A stretch of 64,000 nucleotides of DNA from Phycisphaerales bacterium (lineage in GTDB: Bacteria > Planctomycetota > Phycisphaerae > Phycisphaerales > UBA1924): contig JACVCS010000005.1 in NCBI GenBank assembly GCA_016741915.1, positions 1,385 through 65,384 on the forward strand. The letters run 5' to 3'. A program made the translations under genes and the position numbers. The notes under the pieces were generated by a model. It was given only the letters and a program-made list of their open reading frames with translations. It had not been told where the DNA came from and did not search any database. Below, in pieces: positions 9,533-18,610 of this stretch. The first letter of the stretch is position 1. Each line of letters begins with the position of its first letter.

Positions 9533-10420
9533 ATGCCCGCCTCAACGTCCAAACGCTGGATCCTCATCAGCGGCGCATCCACAGGCATCGGGCGCGCGAT
9601 GACGCTCGATCTGCTGGCGCAGGGTTATCACGTGATGGCCGGCGTGCGAAAAGCCGCCGACGCCGACGAACTCCGCCGCCTCGCCTCGGCTCAATCCCCT
9701 CAGCACGGACGCACGCTCGAAACGATGATCCTCGACGTGACGAAGGCCGAGGACATCCAACGCGCCAAGGCCTGGTGCGACACCCTCGCGGCGCAAGGCG
9801 ATTCACTCTGGTCCGTGATCAACAACGCCGGTATCGTCGTGGTCAGCCCCGCAGAGTTCATCCCCATCGACGAACTGCGCAAGCAGATGGACGTGAACTT
9901 CATCGGCGCGGTGGCCCTCACGCAAGCCGCGCTCAGTGCCCTTCGCAGCTCGGGCGGACGGGTCGTCAACATCAGCTCAATCTCCGGGCGACTCTCCCTT
10001 CCCTTCACCTGGCCCTATTCCGCCAGCAAGTACGCCATGGAAGCCTGGAGCGACGGCCTGCGCATGGAACTCCGCCCGCTCGGCGTCGACGTCGTCCTCA
10101 TCGAGCCTGGCTCAATCCAAACGCCCATCTGGGAAAAATCCCTCCGCACCAACCGCGACCTCTTCGACCGCCTGCCAGAAACCGCCCGCACGCTCTACGG
10201 CACCGAACTCAACGCCCTCCAATCCCGCATCGAACAAACCAACCGCGGCGCCGACGTCTCCATCGTCTGCAAAGCCGTGCGCAAGGCCCTCAGCGCCCGC
10301 TCACCCCGCACACGCACGCTTGTCGGCACAGACGCAAAGATCCTCATCTGGTTCAAGCGCCTGCTCCCCGACCGCTGGTTCGACGCCTTCATCCGCAAAG
10401 GCCTGACCAGTTCCGAGTGA
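9533..10420 (+). CDS. short-chain dehydrogenase/reductase (SDR)
   Basis: WILISGASTGIGRAM (TGxxxGxG cofactor motif), NNAG, and the catalytic YSASKYAMEAW (YxxxK). Confidence 0.9.
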   Translation: MPASTSKRWILISGASTGIGRAMTLDLLAQGYHVMAGVRKAADADELRRLASAQSPQHGRTLETMILDVTKAEDIQRAKAWCDTLAAQGDSLWSVINNAGIVVVSPAEFIPIDELRKQMDVNFIGAVALTQAALSALRSSGGRVVNISSISGRLSLPFTWPYSASKYAMEAWSDGLRMELRPLGVDVVLIEPGSIQTPIWEKSLRTNRDLFDRLPETARTLYGTELNALQSRIEQTNRGADVSIVCKAVRKALSARSPRTRTLVGTDAKILIWFKRLLPDRWFDAFIRKGLTSSE

Positions 10421-10596
10421 TCGGCGTTTGATGCCTTGGGTGGCACGGCTCTCCAGAGCCGTGCACGGGGGATGAACATGTAACCACAGCGAAAATCCAC
10501 GGGTACTTCCGCTCGGCCTCTTTCAGCGACCCGGCCTCTCGCGCCCGCCACACCCTCTATCATTCGATCACCGCTCAATCAGCGTGCGGCACACCC

Positions 10597-11088
10597 ATGT
10601 CCAAAGGCGGCAAAAAGAACGATCAGCACGAACGCGTCATCGACAACCGACGCGCCAGCTTTGAATACCACATCGGCGAAACCGTCGAATGCGGCATCGC
10701 CCTGCACGGGCCCGAGGTCAAAAGCGTCCGCGCGGGGCAGGTCTCCATCGCCGAGGGGTTCGTCCGCGCCGAGCCGACGGGCAAGGACACCTTCGAACTC
10801 TTCCTGCACGGGGTGAACATCGCCGAGTACGGGCCCGCGGGCGCCAACCGCGACAAGCCCACACGAACACGCAAGCTCCTCGCCCACAAGCGCGAGATCG
10901 TCCGCCTCTGGAAGGCCAGCCAGGTCAAGGGCAACACCCTCATCCCGCTGCAGATCTACTTCAAAAACGGCTACGCCAAGTGCCTCGTGGGCGTGGGCAC
11001 GGGCAAGCAGCAGCACGACAAGCGACAGACGATCAAAGAGCGCGAGTCGAAACGCGAGATCGCCCGCGCCATCAGCAAGCGCGTCTGA
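10597..11088 (+). CDS. smpB: SsrA-binding protein SmpB
   Basis: 163 aa. VIDNRRASFEYHIGETVECGIALHGPEVKSVRAGQVSIAEGFV, TRKLLAHKREI, IPLQIYFKNGYAKCLVGVGTGKQQHDKR. Canonical SmpB. Confidence 0.95.
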   Translation: MSKGGKKNDQHERVIDNRRASFEYHIGETVECGIALHGPEVKSVRAGQVSIAEGFVRAEPTGKDTFELFLHGVNIAEYGPAGANRDKPTRTRKLLAHKREIVRLWKASQVKGNTLIPLQIYFKNGYAKCLVGVGTGKQQHDKRQTIKERESKREIARAISKRV

Positions 11089-11620
11089 TCACTTCACGCC
11101 AACCCGTTCAGAACCCCGCACATCCACGGTCGGTTCATTCACGCGGCCCGCTTGCGACGCTTCGTGGTGCCGCTCTTCTTCGCACCACTACGCCGAGTAC
11201 GCGTGGGCTTGCCCGTGCCGCTCGCCGATGCGTTACTGAACCCCACGATCGAGAAACTCATCGAAAAAGCCCCGCCCGCCCGCGTGCCGTTCCGCGACGC
11301 CTTACGGGCCTTCGTACCGACCGACCGCGCCACCGACGTACTGGTGGTCTGCCACGATGTCATAGTCCACGGCGTTGCCAGAATCCTCGGCGTGCGCATG
11401 ACCATTCCCTCCGCGAAGAACCCGCCGACCAAACTTCGGGCACAGCCGCCCGCACGCCGATCGACGACATCTTCACTTCGGCCAGATCACCATTCAGGAT
11501 CAGACCCCAAACCCCCCTCAACCAATCCCCCGGCACCCAACCCGCGCACCCGTCAACCCATCACGCCCGCGCCGCCTCGCACCAAACTTCTCGGACCCAG
11601 CCAATCGGACCTAGCCATGG

Positions 11621-11650
11621 AAAAAGGCCCGTAGGCAAAGCCCGGGCCTT
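11621..11650 (-). terminator. rho-independent terminator downstream of atpC
   Basis: On the minus strand: AGGCCCG, loop ggctttgccta, CGGGCCT, then TTTTTCC. The stem arms on the plus strand are 11625-11631 and 11643-11649, and the A-run is 11621-11625. It lies about 60 nt after the atpC stop. Confidence 0.7.
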
Positions 11651-11709
11651 TCAAGAAGTCGTTTCGTTCTCGCTCGCGAACGCTGAGCCCAGAGCACGCA
11701 GAATCGAAA

Positions 11710-12147
11710 TCAGATGCCCTTGCCCGAACGCGCCATCCGCACCGCGACGCGGGCCCGCTCGACGCGTTTCTGACGACGCGTCCGCTCGTTCTGATCGGTC
11801 GTCGCTGCGGCGGCGTTCTGCTCAGCCTTGGTCAACTCGCTCTGCGCCTCGCCCTCGGTGAGCGTCTCGGCCGCTGTCGCGCCGGAGGTCAGGATCGTCA
11901 GCTTGTCGCCGACCATGTGGGCGAAGCCTTCCTCGACCAGGTACTGCCGGCTGCCACCCTCGCCCTTGCTCGAGTCGGCGACATCCACCCGCAGCGGTCC
12001 GATGCCGAGCTTCACAACCATCGGCGCCCGCCCAGGCAGCACACCCAACTGCCCATCGTGCGCCGGCAGAATCACCTGCGACGCCGCAATGTTCAGCAGC
12101 TTGCCCTGAGGAGTGGTCAACGTGAACTGAAAGCTCTTCCCGGCCAT
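11710..12147 (-). CDS. atpC: F0F1 ATP synthase epsilon subunit
   Basis: ORF trimmed to ATG 12145-12147. MAGKSFQFTLTTPQGKLLNIAASQVILPAHDGQLGVLPGRAPMVVKLGIGPLRV...GFAHMVGDKLTILTSGA, followed by a helical C-terminus. Typical epsilon fold signature. Confidence 0.85.
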   Translation of the reverse strand: MAGKSFQFTLTTPQGKLLNIAASQVILPAHDGQLGVLPGRAPMVVKLGIGPLRVDVADSSKGEGGSRQYLVEEGFAHMVGDKLTILTSGATAAETLTEGEAQSELTKAEQNAAAATTDQNERTRRQKRVERARVAVRMARSGKGI

Positions 12148-12284
12148 CGCGGATCTCCAGCCATCCGACCGAGATCCGAACGGGTCGCGGACTGAACACG
12201 CCCACGCCGTCCGTCGATCGGGAGCCAAGCATAGCCCGATCGACCCCGCACGTCCGCCGATTGTTTCCGCATACGCTCCAGCCC

Positions 12285-13358
12285 ATGCCGTCGCTTTGCC
12301 GGGGCACACTCGTCATTCTGGGCCTGCTGGCGCTGCTCGTCGGCGCGGTGATCCTCCGCCTTCTCGTCGGCCCTTCCCTAAGCAGTTTCACCCCCGAAAC
12401 CGCCGAGCAAGTCCTGCACATCCGCTGGCACCGCGCGATGATCGCGCTGGTGGTGGGGGCGTGCCTCGGTGCCGCGGGCGTGGTGCTGCAATCACTCCTC
12501 CGCAACCCCCTCGCCTCGCCCGATGTCCTGGGCCCGAGCTCCGGCGCGTCGTTCGCCGTCATGCTCGCAACCTTCGTCTCCTCCAAGTACATGCTCGACG
12601 CCTCAACCACCGCAAGCAGCAGCATCGCCCCCGGCTTCGGCGGGCTCATCTGGCAAGCCGGCCCCGCCATGATCGGCGCCACCCTCGCCCTCGCACTCGT
12701 TTACGCCCTCAGCCAACGCCGCGGCCGCGTCGACAGCGACGGGCTCATCATCGTCGGCGTCATCGTCAGCGTCGTCTGCGGTGCCGGCGTGGTCTTCATC
12801 CAACACCTCATCAACGCCTCCGCAATCTCAGGCCGAACTCTGACCCTGCTCGTCGGTTCAATCTCCGACGACACGCCCGCGGCCTTCGTCCACGCCGCCG
12901 GCGTTGTCGCCCTCGTCACCATCACACTCATCGCCCTCACCCTCGGCCGCTCGATGGACGCCGCCAACCTCAGCGACGACGAGGCCTATTCCGTCGGCGT
13001 CAGACTCCCCTTCCTCCGCTTCGCCTTGTTCATCAGCGCCGGGCTCCTCACCGCCGCCGCCGTCGTCCTCGCTGGGCCCATCGGCTTCGTCGGCCTCATC
13101 TGCCCTCACCTCGTCCGCCTGATGATCGGCCCCTCCGGCTCCCTTTCCGCACGCCTCACCCTCGAACCCTTCCTCGGCCGCGCCGGTGTGCTTCTCATCG
13201 CAAGCACCCTCTGCGGCTCAACGCTCCTCATCCTCGCCGACACCGGCGTCCGCGCCATCGACCTCGGCTCCGGACGAATGCCCGTCGGCGTGCTCACAGC
13301 ACTCCTCGGCGGACCGTCCCTCATCGTCCTCCTCCGCCGATCTCGCCGATCCGACTGA
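12285..13358 (+). CDS. FecCD/BtuC-family ABC transporter permease (iron-chelate / cobalamin type)
   Basis: The ORF track start 12261 is TTG, so I used ATG 12285 (MPSLCRGTLVILGLLALL). The protein has about 9-10 TM helices. Family motifs: LLRNPLASPDVLGPSSGAS and RMPVGVLTALLGGPSLIVLL. No cognate ATPase or binding-protein gene is adjacent. Confidence 0.8.
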   Translation: MPSLCRGTLVILGLLALLVGAVILRLLVGPSLSSFTPETAEQVLHIRWHRAMIALVVGACLGAAGVVLQSLLRNPLASPDVLGPSSGASFAVMLATFVSSKYMLDASTTASSSIAPGFGGLIWQAGPAMIGATLALALVYALSQRRGRVDSDGLIIVGVIVSVVCGAGVVFIQHLINASAISGRTLTLLVGSISDDTPAAFVHAAGVVALVTITLIALTLGRSMDAANLSDDEAYSVGVRLPFLRFALFISAGLLTAAAVVLAGPIGFVGLICPHLVRLMIGPSGSLSARLTLEPFLGRAGVLLIASTLCGSTLLILADTGVRAIDLGSGRMPVGVLTALLGGPSLIVLLRRSRRSD

Positions 13359-13418
13359 ATCTCCACCACCGCCACCCCCGCAACAATCGCCTTCGCACAC
13401 ACCAACCGGACATCCATC

Positions 13419-13757
13419 ATGGCCAAAGCCTACTTCGTCCCCGTCCTGCTCGTGATCATCGGCCTCGGCTGGCTCCTCGGCGCATCCGGGATCCTCCCCG
13501 AGGGCGTCAACTGGCTCTGGGTCGGCCTGCTCGCCCTCGCTGGCGGCGCCATCATCGCCGGCGGCTGGAACCGCCTCAGCGCCGTCGTCGGCCCCATGCT
13601 CCTCCTCGGTGCCGCACTCTCCACCCTCCGCCAGATGGGCCACCTTCAACCGAAACACGAAACGCCCATCCTCGTCATCGCCGCGGGCCTGCTGCTGATC
13701 TACATCCGCGCCGCCGACATCCGCATGCCCTCGTGGTACGTGCCGCCGAAGAAGTAA
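13419..13757 (+). CDS. small integral membrane protein (4 predicted TM helices)
   Basis: 112 aa and hydrophobic throughout (VPVLLVIIGLGWLLG, WLWVGLLALAGGAIIAGGW, VVGPMLLLGAAL, ILVIAAGLLLIYI). It starts 61 nt after the permease stop. Confidence 0.55.
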   Translation: MAKAYFVPVLLVIIGLGWLLGASGILPEGVNWLWVGLLALAGGAIIAGGWNRLSAVVGPMLLLGAALSTLRQMGHLQPKHETPILVIAAGLLLIYIRAADIRMPSWYVPPKK

Positions 13758-13775
13758 CCGAAAACCCTTCCCCGC

Positions 13776-14603
13776 TCACCGCTTCATCCGGCTGTGCAGC
13801 GCCTCACGCCAGCGATTCTTCAGATCCTTCAGCGCTTTCGTCGCCGCTTGTGTCACCGCCCCGCTCTGCGCTTCGTGTTTGCTCGCACCCCGGCCCCACG
13901 CGTTGCTGACCTTCTTCACGCTCGCCGAAGCACCCGACGACACCAGACACGCTCCCGTCCGCACGTCGATCAGCGCCGCCCCAACCACCGCCTCGCCAAT
14001 ATCCGATTGGTCCGGGATCACACCAAGACTCAACAACCCAACCAACGGCACAGTCCCGCCCTCACGTAGCCTCCCGTTGATCGAGTAGATCAACAGCAAG
14101 TCCGCGCCAGCCCGCCGCGCACTCTCACGCAGCAAGCCCAACGACGGCTTCTCCGAAGTCTCAACCAACGGCAGTTCCGAAACGCTCTTCACCATCTCCA
14201 TCTCCGCCATCGTCTCCATCAGCGTCTGATCAAACTCGAACGGCGTCGACTGCACCATCAATCCGCCGCCATAGTCCGAACGCCGCAGGCACACCGTCAT
14301 CACCACCGCCGGCAGTCTCGTCGGCGGCATAATCGCCGCCATCGCCCCGTTTGATGTCCCGCTCGCGACCGTCATCGCCGGCCCGCTGGGCTTCGCACTC
14401 TCTGCGCCCTCCCGCGTTGGGCCATCGCTCGATCGACCCACCGCCACCTCACCGCCCGGGCAGCTCATCGCAAGCTGCAACGCGTCCGAGCTCGCCACGA
14501 TCTCGTTTATCGCCAGTTCGTTGATATGCCCCGTGCCGCAGCCGCTCAGCACGAGCATCGACCCGCACGAAACGCCCAGCAGACCGCGCACGAAGACCTT
14601 CAT
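13776..14603 (-). CDS. putative lipoprotein
   Basis: 275 aa. Signal peptide plus lipobox MKVFVRGLLGVSCGSMLVLSG|C. High GC3 throughout. No family recognised. Confidence 0.65.
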   Translation of the reverse strand: MKVFVRGLLGVSCGSMLVLSGCGTGHINELAINEIVASSDALQLAMSCPGGEVAVGRSSDGPTREGAESAKPSGPAMTVASGTSNGAMAAIMPPTRLPAVVMTVCLRRSDYGGGLMVQSTPFEFDQTLMETMAEMEMVKSVSELPLVETSEKPSLGLLRESARRAGADLLLIYSINGRLREGGTVPLVGLLSLGVIPDQSDIGEAVVGAALIDVRTGACLVSSGASASVKKVSNAWGRGASKHEAQSGAVTQAATKALKDLKNRWREALHSRMKR

Positions 14604-14793
14604 GGTTCGCTCCTGTTCAAAATCACCCAGTTCGTGCCGAAGCGATCAAGCCCGCACACGCACGCACGCGACAGGCTTAATCAATCATCAAACCCCGGCG
14701 GCGGGTTCAGCGCGAAGACGCCGACGTTGGTTCATCGAAACTCAAAAAAAATCTCCGCGCACCCAGACCTCAGACCATCGGTTGCTTCAACGT

Positions 14794-17700
14794 TCACACG
14801 TTGAAGTACTTCGCCTCCGGATGGTGCACCACGATCGCGCTGGTGCTCTGCTCCGGATCGATCTGCCAGTTGTCCGTCAGTTCACAGCCGATCCGCGACG
14901 GGTCCAGCAGCCTGAAAAGCTTCTCCTGGTCGCTCATATCCGGGCACGCCGGGTAGCCGAAGCTGTACCGACTCCCCCGGTACTTCTGCGTGAACAGCTC
15001 GCGCACCCGCGGCGAGTCCTCATTGCCGATCCCCATCTCCTGCCGGATTCGCTTGTGCCAGAACTCCGCCAGCGCCTCCGCCGTCTCCACGCCCATCCCG
15101 TGCAGATACAGATACTCGCTGTACTGATTGCTCTTGTACAGCTCCTGCGCCGCCTCGCTGGCCTTCTTGCCCACGGTGACGCAGTGCATCGCGATCACAT
15201 CAACCCCGCCGCTGCTGACATCACGGAAGTAATCGCTGATGCACAGCTTCTTGCGTGAGCTCTGCCGCGGGAACGTGAACCGCTCCAGCACGCGCCGGTG
15301 CGAGATATCCGCGCCCACCGTCACCGCGCCCGCCCGCTCACGCTCCGTCAGCGACTCATGGTCCCAGATGATCAGGTCGTTCCCGTCGCTGTTGCACGCG
15401 AAATACCCGTACACAACCGCCGGCACCAGAATCCGCTCCTTCGCGCACCGTTCCTTCAACCGACTGAAAATCGGCCCAACCGTGTCCTCAAGTTGGTGCT
15501 CAAACTCCTCGTCGCTCATCGCACCCTGCTTGAACTGCCACTGCCCGCGGTACAACGCCACCTTGTTGATGAACGGGTACACCTGCTGCAGATCGATATC
15601 CGTCACCACCTTCGACCCAAAGAACGGCGCCCGCGGCACATCCACACCCGTCCGCACGTCCGACTTCTCGATCACTGTCGCGGTCGCCCCGCCCTTGCCC
15701 GCTTCAAAGGCCTCCATCCGCTTGCCGCTTTCCGCACGCGACCGCGCGACGACCTCTTCCGCCGCCGTGCGCTTGTTCAGCCGCTCGCTGATCTCCTCTT
15801 CGAGCGTCTTCAGATCGCCGTTGACAAGATGATCCATCGTCCGCAGACCCTCGAAGGCGTCCTTGCCGTAGTACACCGGACCCTTATAGACCGACCGCAG
15901 GTGCCCCTCGCAGTAATGCCGAGTCAGCGCCGCCCCGCCCAGCAGCACCGGCACATCGATCCCCTGCGTGTTCAGTTCGTGCAGGTTCTCTTCCATCACG
16001 TTGACGCTCTTGACCAGCAGCCCGCTCATCCCCACCGCGTCGGCCTTCGTCTCCTTCCACGCCTTGACGATCTCAGCGATGGTCTGCTTGATCCCGATGT
16101 TGTACACCGTGTACCCGTTGTTGCTCAGGATGATGTCCACCAGGTTCTTGCCGATGTCGTGCACGTCGCCCTTCACCGTCGCCAGCACGATCTTCCCCTT
16201 CGTGCTCCCCTCGACCTTCTCCATGTACTGCTGCAGGTGCGCAACCGCCATCTTCATCACCTCGGCGCTCTGCAGCACGAACGGCAACTGCATCTCGCCG
16301 CTGCCGAACAGATCGCCCACGACCTTCATCCCCGCCAGCAGGTGATCGTTGATGATCTCCAAGGGCGAGTACTTCTCGCGTGCCTGCTCCAGCGTCGCGA
16401 CCAGCCCCTCCTTCTCGCCATCGATGATGTGCTGTTGCAGCCTTTCTTCGAGCGAAAGCAGCTTCGCTTCCTTCTTCGTCGAAGCCGCCGCCCCCGCGTC
16501 CTTGAAGAGGTCCACAAACCGCGCCAGCGGATCGAACGCCTTGTCGGTAATCCCCGCGGGCAAACCCGTCCCGCCCGCCGAGACATCGCGCCGATCGTAA
16601 ATCAGATCCAGCGCCGCCTCCCACTGCGCCGGCTCGATCTTGTTCTTCGGCAGGATCTTGCTGAAGTGCAGAATCGCGCTCGTCAGCCCCGCCTCACGCA
16701 ACTCGTGCAGGAACACGCTGTTCAATACCACCCGCGCCAGCGGCTTGAGCCCGAAGCTCACGTTGCTCAGCCCCACCGTCGTCTGACACTCCGGCATCGC
16801 CCGCGCAATCCGCCGAACACCCTCGATCGTCTCGAGCCCGCTCCGCCGATCGCTCGCCATCCCCGTGCTGATCGGCAGCACCAGCGGGTCGAACATCAAG
16901 TCCTCCGCCTTCAGCCCGTGTACTTTCGTCGCGCGATCAAAGGCCCGCTGCGCGATCGACAGCTTGCGCTCCGCCGTCCGCGCCATGCTCGCTTCTTTGT
17001 CCTCGTCGATCGACCCGATCACCAGCCCCGCGCCATACACCTTCGCCAGCCTGCAGATCTGATCGAACTTGTGCTCGCCGTCCTCAAAGTTCGCCGAGTT
17101 GATGATGCACTTGCCCGGCGCGTGCTTCAGCCCCGCCTCCAGCGTCCCCGCCTGCGTGCTGTCCAGCATCAGCGGCACATCAACCTGCCTCACCACACGC
17201 TTGACAATCTCCGCCATGTCCCGCGCGTTGTCACGCCCCGCGTAGTCCACGTTCAAATCCAGCACGTGCGCCGAATCGTGCCGAACCTGCTCCCGCGCCA
17301 GGCTCACGATCCCGTCGAAGTCCTCGGCTTCCAAAAGCTGCTTGAACTTCTTGCTCCCCGACGCGTTCATCCGCTCGCCGATGATCAACAGGGAGTTGTC
17401 CTGGCGATAGTCCTGCGCCGAGTACAGGCTCGTCACCGCCGGCGCGGGCGCAACCTTGTCGCTCCGCGTCGAGAGCTTCGCGAACATCCCGCGCGATTCC
17501 ATCGACTCACGCAGCAGCGCGATGTGTGCAGGCGTCGTCCCGCAGCACCCGCCCACCAGCGTCACCCCGTCCTGCTCTACAAACTTCAGCATCGCCTCGA
17601 CATAAGGCCCCGGCTGCAACGGATACTCCGTCCGCCCCTCAACCAGCACGGGCAACCCCGCGTTGGGCAGACAGCTCACCAGCCCGCGCGCTCCGCTCGC

Positions 17701-18450
17701 GCTCGTCTTCGCGCCCCAGTGCTTCCCCAGATAGTGGATATGGTCCGCCATCTCCGCCGGGCCCGTGGCGCAGTTCAGCCCCAGCGACATCACCGGGTAC
17801 TGCGCAATCACCGCCGCCGCCGCCTCGATCGAAGAGCCCACGAGCATCGTCCCCGTCGTCTCGATGGTCACGCTGACCATGATCGGGATGTCGTCGGTGG
17901 TCTTCTTCGCCTCGCTGAGCGCTTCAAGAATCGCGTTGATCCCGCACTTGATCTGCAGAATGTCCTGGCACGTCTCCAGCAGCAGCGCATCCACCCCGCC
18001 GGCGATCAACCCCCGCGCCTGCTCGCGATAGCTGTCCAGCAGTTCATCCCACGTCGTGTTCCCCAGCGTGATGAGCTTCGTCCCCGGGCCCATGCTGCCG
18101 ATGACAAACCGCGGGCGATCGACACTGGCGTACTTCGCGCACGCCTCGCGCGCCACCTTCGCCGCCAGCACGTTCAGCTCGTACGTCGAGTCCGTCAGCC
18201 CGAACTCACCCAGCACGAGCTTGTTCGCCCCGAAGCTGTCCGTCTCCACCGCGTCCGCACCCGCCGCCAAGTACGCCTCGTGAATCTCGCGGATCACATC
18301 CGGGCGCGTCCGCACCAAGATATCCGTGCAGTTCTCACACCCGCAGTAATCCGTCTCCACCGACAGATTCCGACTGAAAATCTGCGTCCCCATCCCCCCG
18401 TCCAGAAGGATCGGCCGCCGCTGCGCCACATCAAAGAACCGGCTCGCCAT
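14794..18450 (-). CDS. metH: cobalamin-dependent methionine synthase
   Basis: 1218 aa with the full five-module architecture. Modules: Hcy-binding (GGCCGTTP), pterin-binding, B12-cap and B12-binding (ATVKGDVHDIGKN, the DxHxxG motif), and the AdoMet activation domain (GYPACPD). Confidence 0.97.
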   Translation of the reverse strand: MASRFFDVAQRRPILLDGGMGTQIFSRNLSVETDYCGCENCTDILVRTRPDVIREIHEAYLAAGADAVETDSFGANKLVLGEFGLTDSTYELNVLAAKVAREACAKYASVDRPRFVIGSMGPGTKLITLGNTTWDELLDSYREQARGLIAGGVDALLLETCQDILQIKCGINAILEALSEAKKTTDDIPIMVSVTIETTGTMLVGSSIEAAAAVIAQYPVMSLGLNCATGPAEMADHIHYLGKHWGAKTSASGARGLVSCLPNAGLPVLVEGRTEYPLQPGPYVEAMLKFVEQDGVTLVGGCCGTTPAHIALLRESMESRGMFAKLSTRSDKVAPAPAVTSLYSAQDYRQDNSLLIIGERMNASGSKKFKQLLEAEDFDGIVSLAREQVRHDSAHVLDLNVDYAGRDNARDMAEIVKRVVRQVDVPLMLDSTQAGTLEAGLKHAPGKCIINSANFEDGEHKFDQICRLAKVYGAGLVIGSIDEDKEASMARTAERKLSIAQRAFDRATKVHGLKAEDLMFDPLVLPISTGMASDRRSGLETIEGVRRIARAMPECQTTVGLSNVSFGLKPLARVVLNSVFLHELREAGLTSAILHFSKILPKNKIEPAQWEAALDLIYDRRDVSAGGTGLPAGITDKAFDPLARFVDLFKDAGAAASTKKEAKLLSLEERLQQHIIDGEKEGLVATLEQAREKYSPLEIINDHLLAGMKVVGDLFGSGEMQLPFVLQSAEVMKMAVAHLQQYMEKVEGSTKGKIVLATVKGDVHDIGKNLVDIILSNNGYTVYNIGIKQTIAEIVKAWKETKADAVGMSGLLVKSVNVMEENLHELNTQGIDVPVLLGGAALTRHYCEGHLRSVYKGPVYYGKDAFEGLRTMDHLVNGDLKTLEEEISERLNKRTAAEEVVARSRAESGKRMEAFEAGKGGATATVIEKSDVRTGVDVPRAPFFGSKVVTDIDLQQVYPFINKVALYRGQWQFKQGAMSDEEFEHQLEDTVGPIFSRLKERCAKERILVPAVVYGYFACNSDGNDLIIWDHESLTERERAGAVTVGADISHRRVLERFTFPRQSSRKKLCISDYFRDVSSGGVDVIAMHCVTVGKKASEAAQELYKSNQYSEYLYLHGMGVETAEALAEFWHKRIRQEMGIGNEDSPRVRELFTQKYRGSRYSFGYPACPDMSDQEKLFRLLDPSRIGCELTDNWQIDPEQSTSAIVVHHPEAKYFNV

Positions 18451-18610
18451 ACAAGTACATCCTCAACCACGCCCCGCCCACGCCCGCCCGCTTTGAAGCC
18501 ACCGTTGTTTACTGAACTCACATTCATCCATCAATCCGGATGAATGGATGAAAAGTATACCCCGCTCAGGGATTCACCGCCACATACCCCAGATTCACGC
18601 CGTGAACCGT

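Noticed and set aside
11152-11634. 160-aa plus-strand ORF (…VLVVCHDVIVHGVARILGV…, faintly reminiscent of the C-terminal part of histidine-phosphatase family proteins) and the overlapping 97-aa minus-strand ORF 11139-11432
   Set aside because: Both frames have moderately high GC3 and neither has a convincing start, RBS or complete domain. The second half of the plus-strand ORF is Pro/Ser/Thr-rich junk. It could be a gene remnant, but I cannot support a call.
11089-11709. tmRNA (ssrA) next to smpB
   Set aside because: I could find no tRNA-Ala-like acceptor/T-arm pair (GGGG...5' end, GGTTCGA...CCACCA 3' end) and no plausible tag reading frame. The only clear structure is the atpC terminator at 11621-11650.
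12148-12284. Cobalamin riboswitch upstream of the BtuC-like permease (also looked for upstream of metH, 18451-18610)
   Set aside because: No B12-box-like core or characteristic multi-stem organisation was recognisable by eye, and the leaders are short. This needs a covariance-model scan to be sure.
15298-18543. 1081-aa ORF on the plus strand opposite metH. There are similar very long ORFs at 10689-11861, 12296-13909, 31089-32612, 31517-32578, 55240-56346, 56662-57825, 56909-58309, 57471-58415, 58412-59743, 59181-60854, 60855-62213, 49275-50894 and 45207-46448.
   Set aside because: These are Arg/Pro/His/Ala-rich low-complexity translations, typical of out-of-frame or antisense 'shadow' ORFs in high-GC DNA. 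Each overlaps a gene with clear family motifs and better third-position G/C bias.
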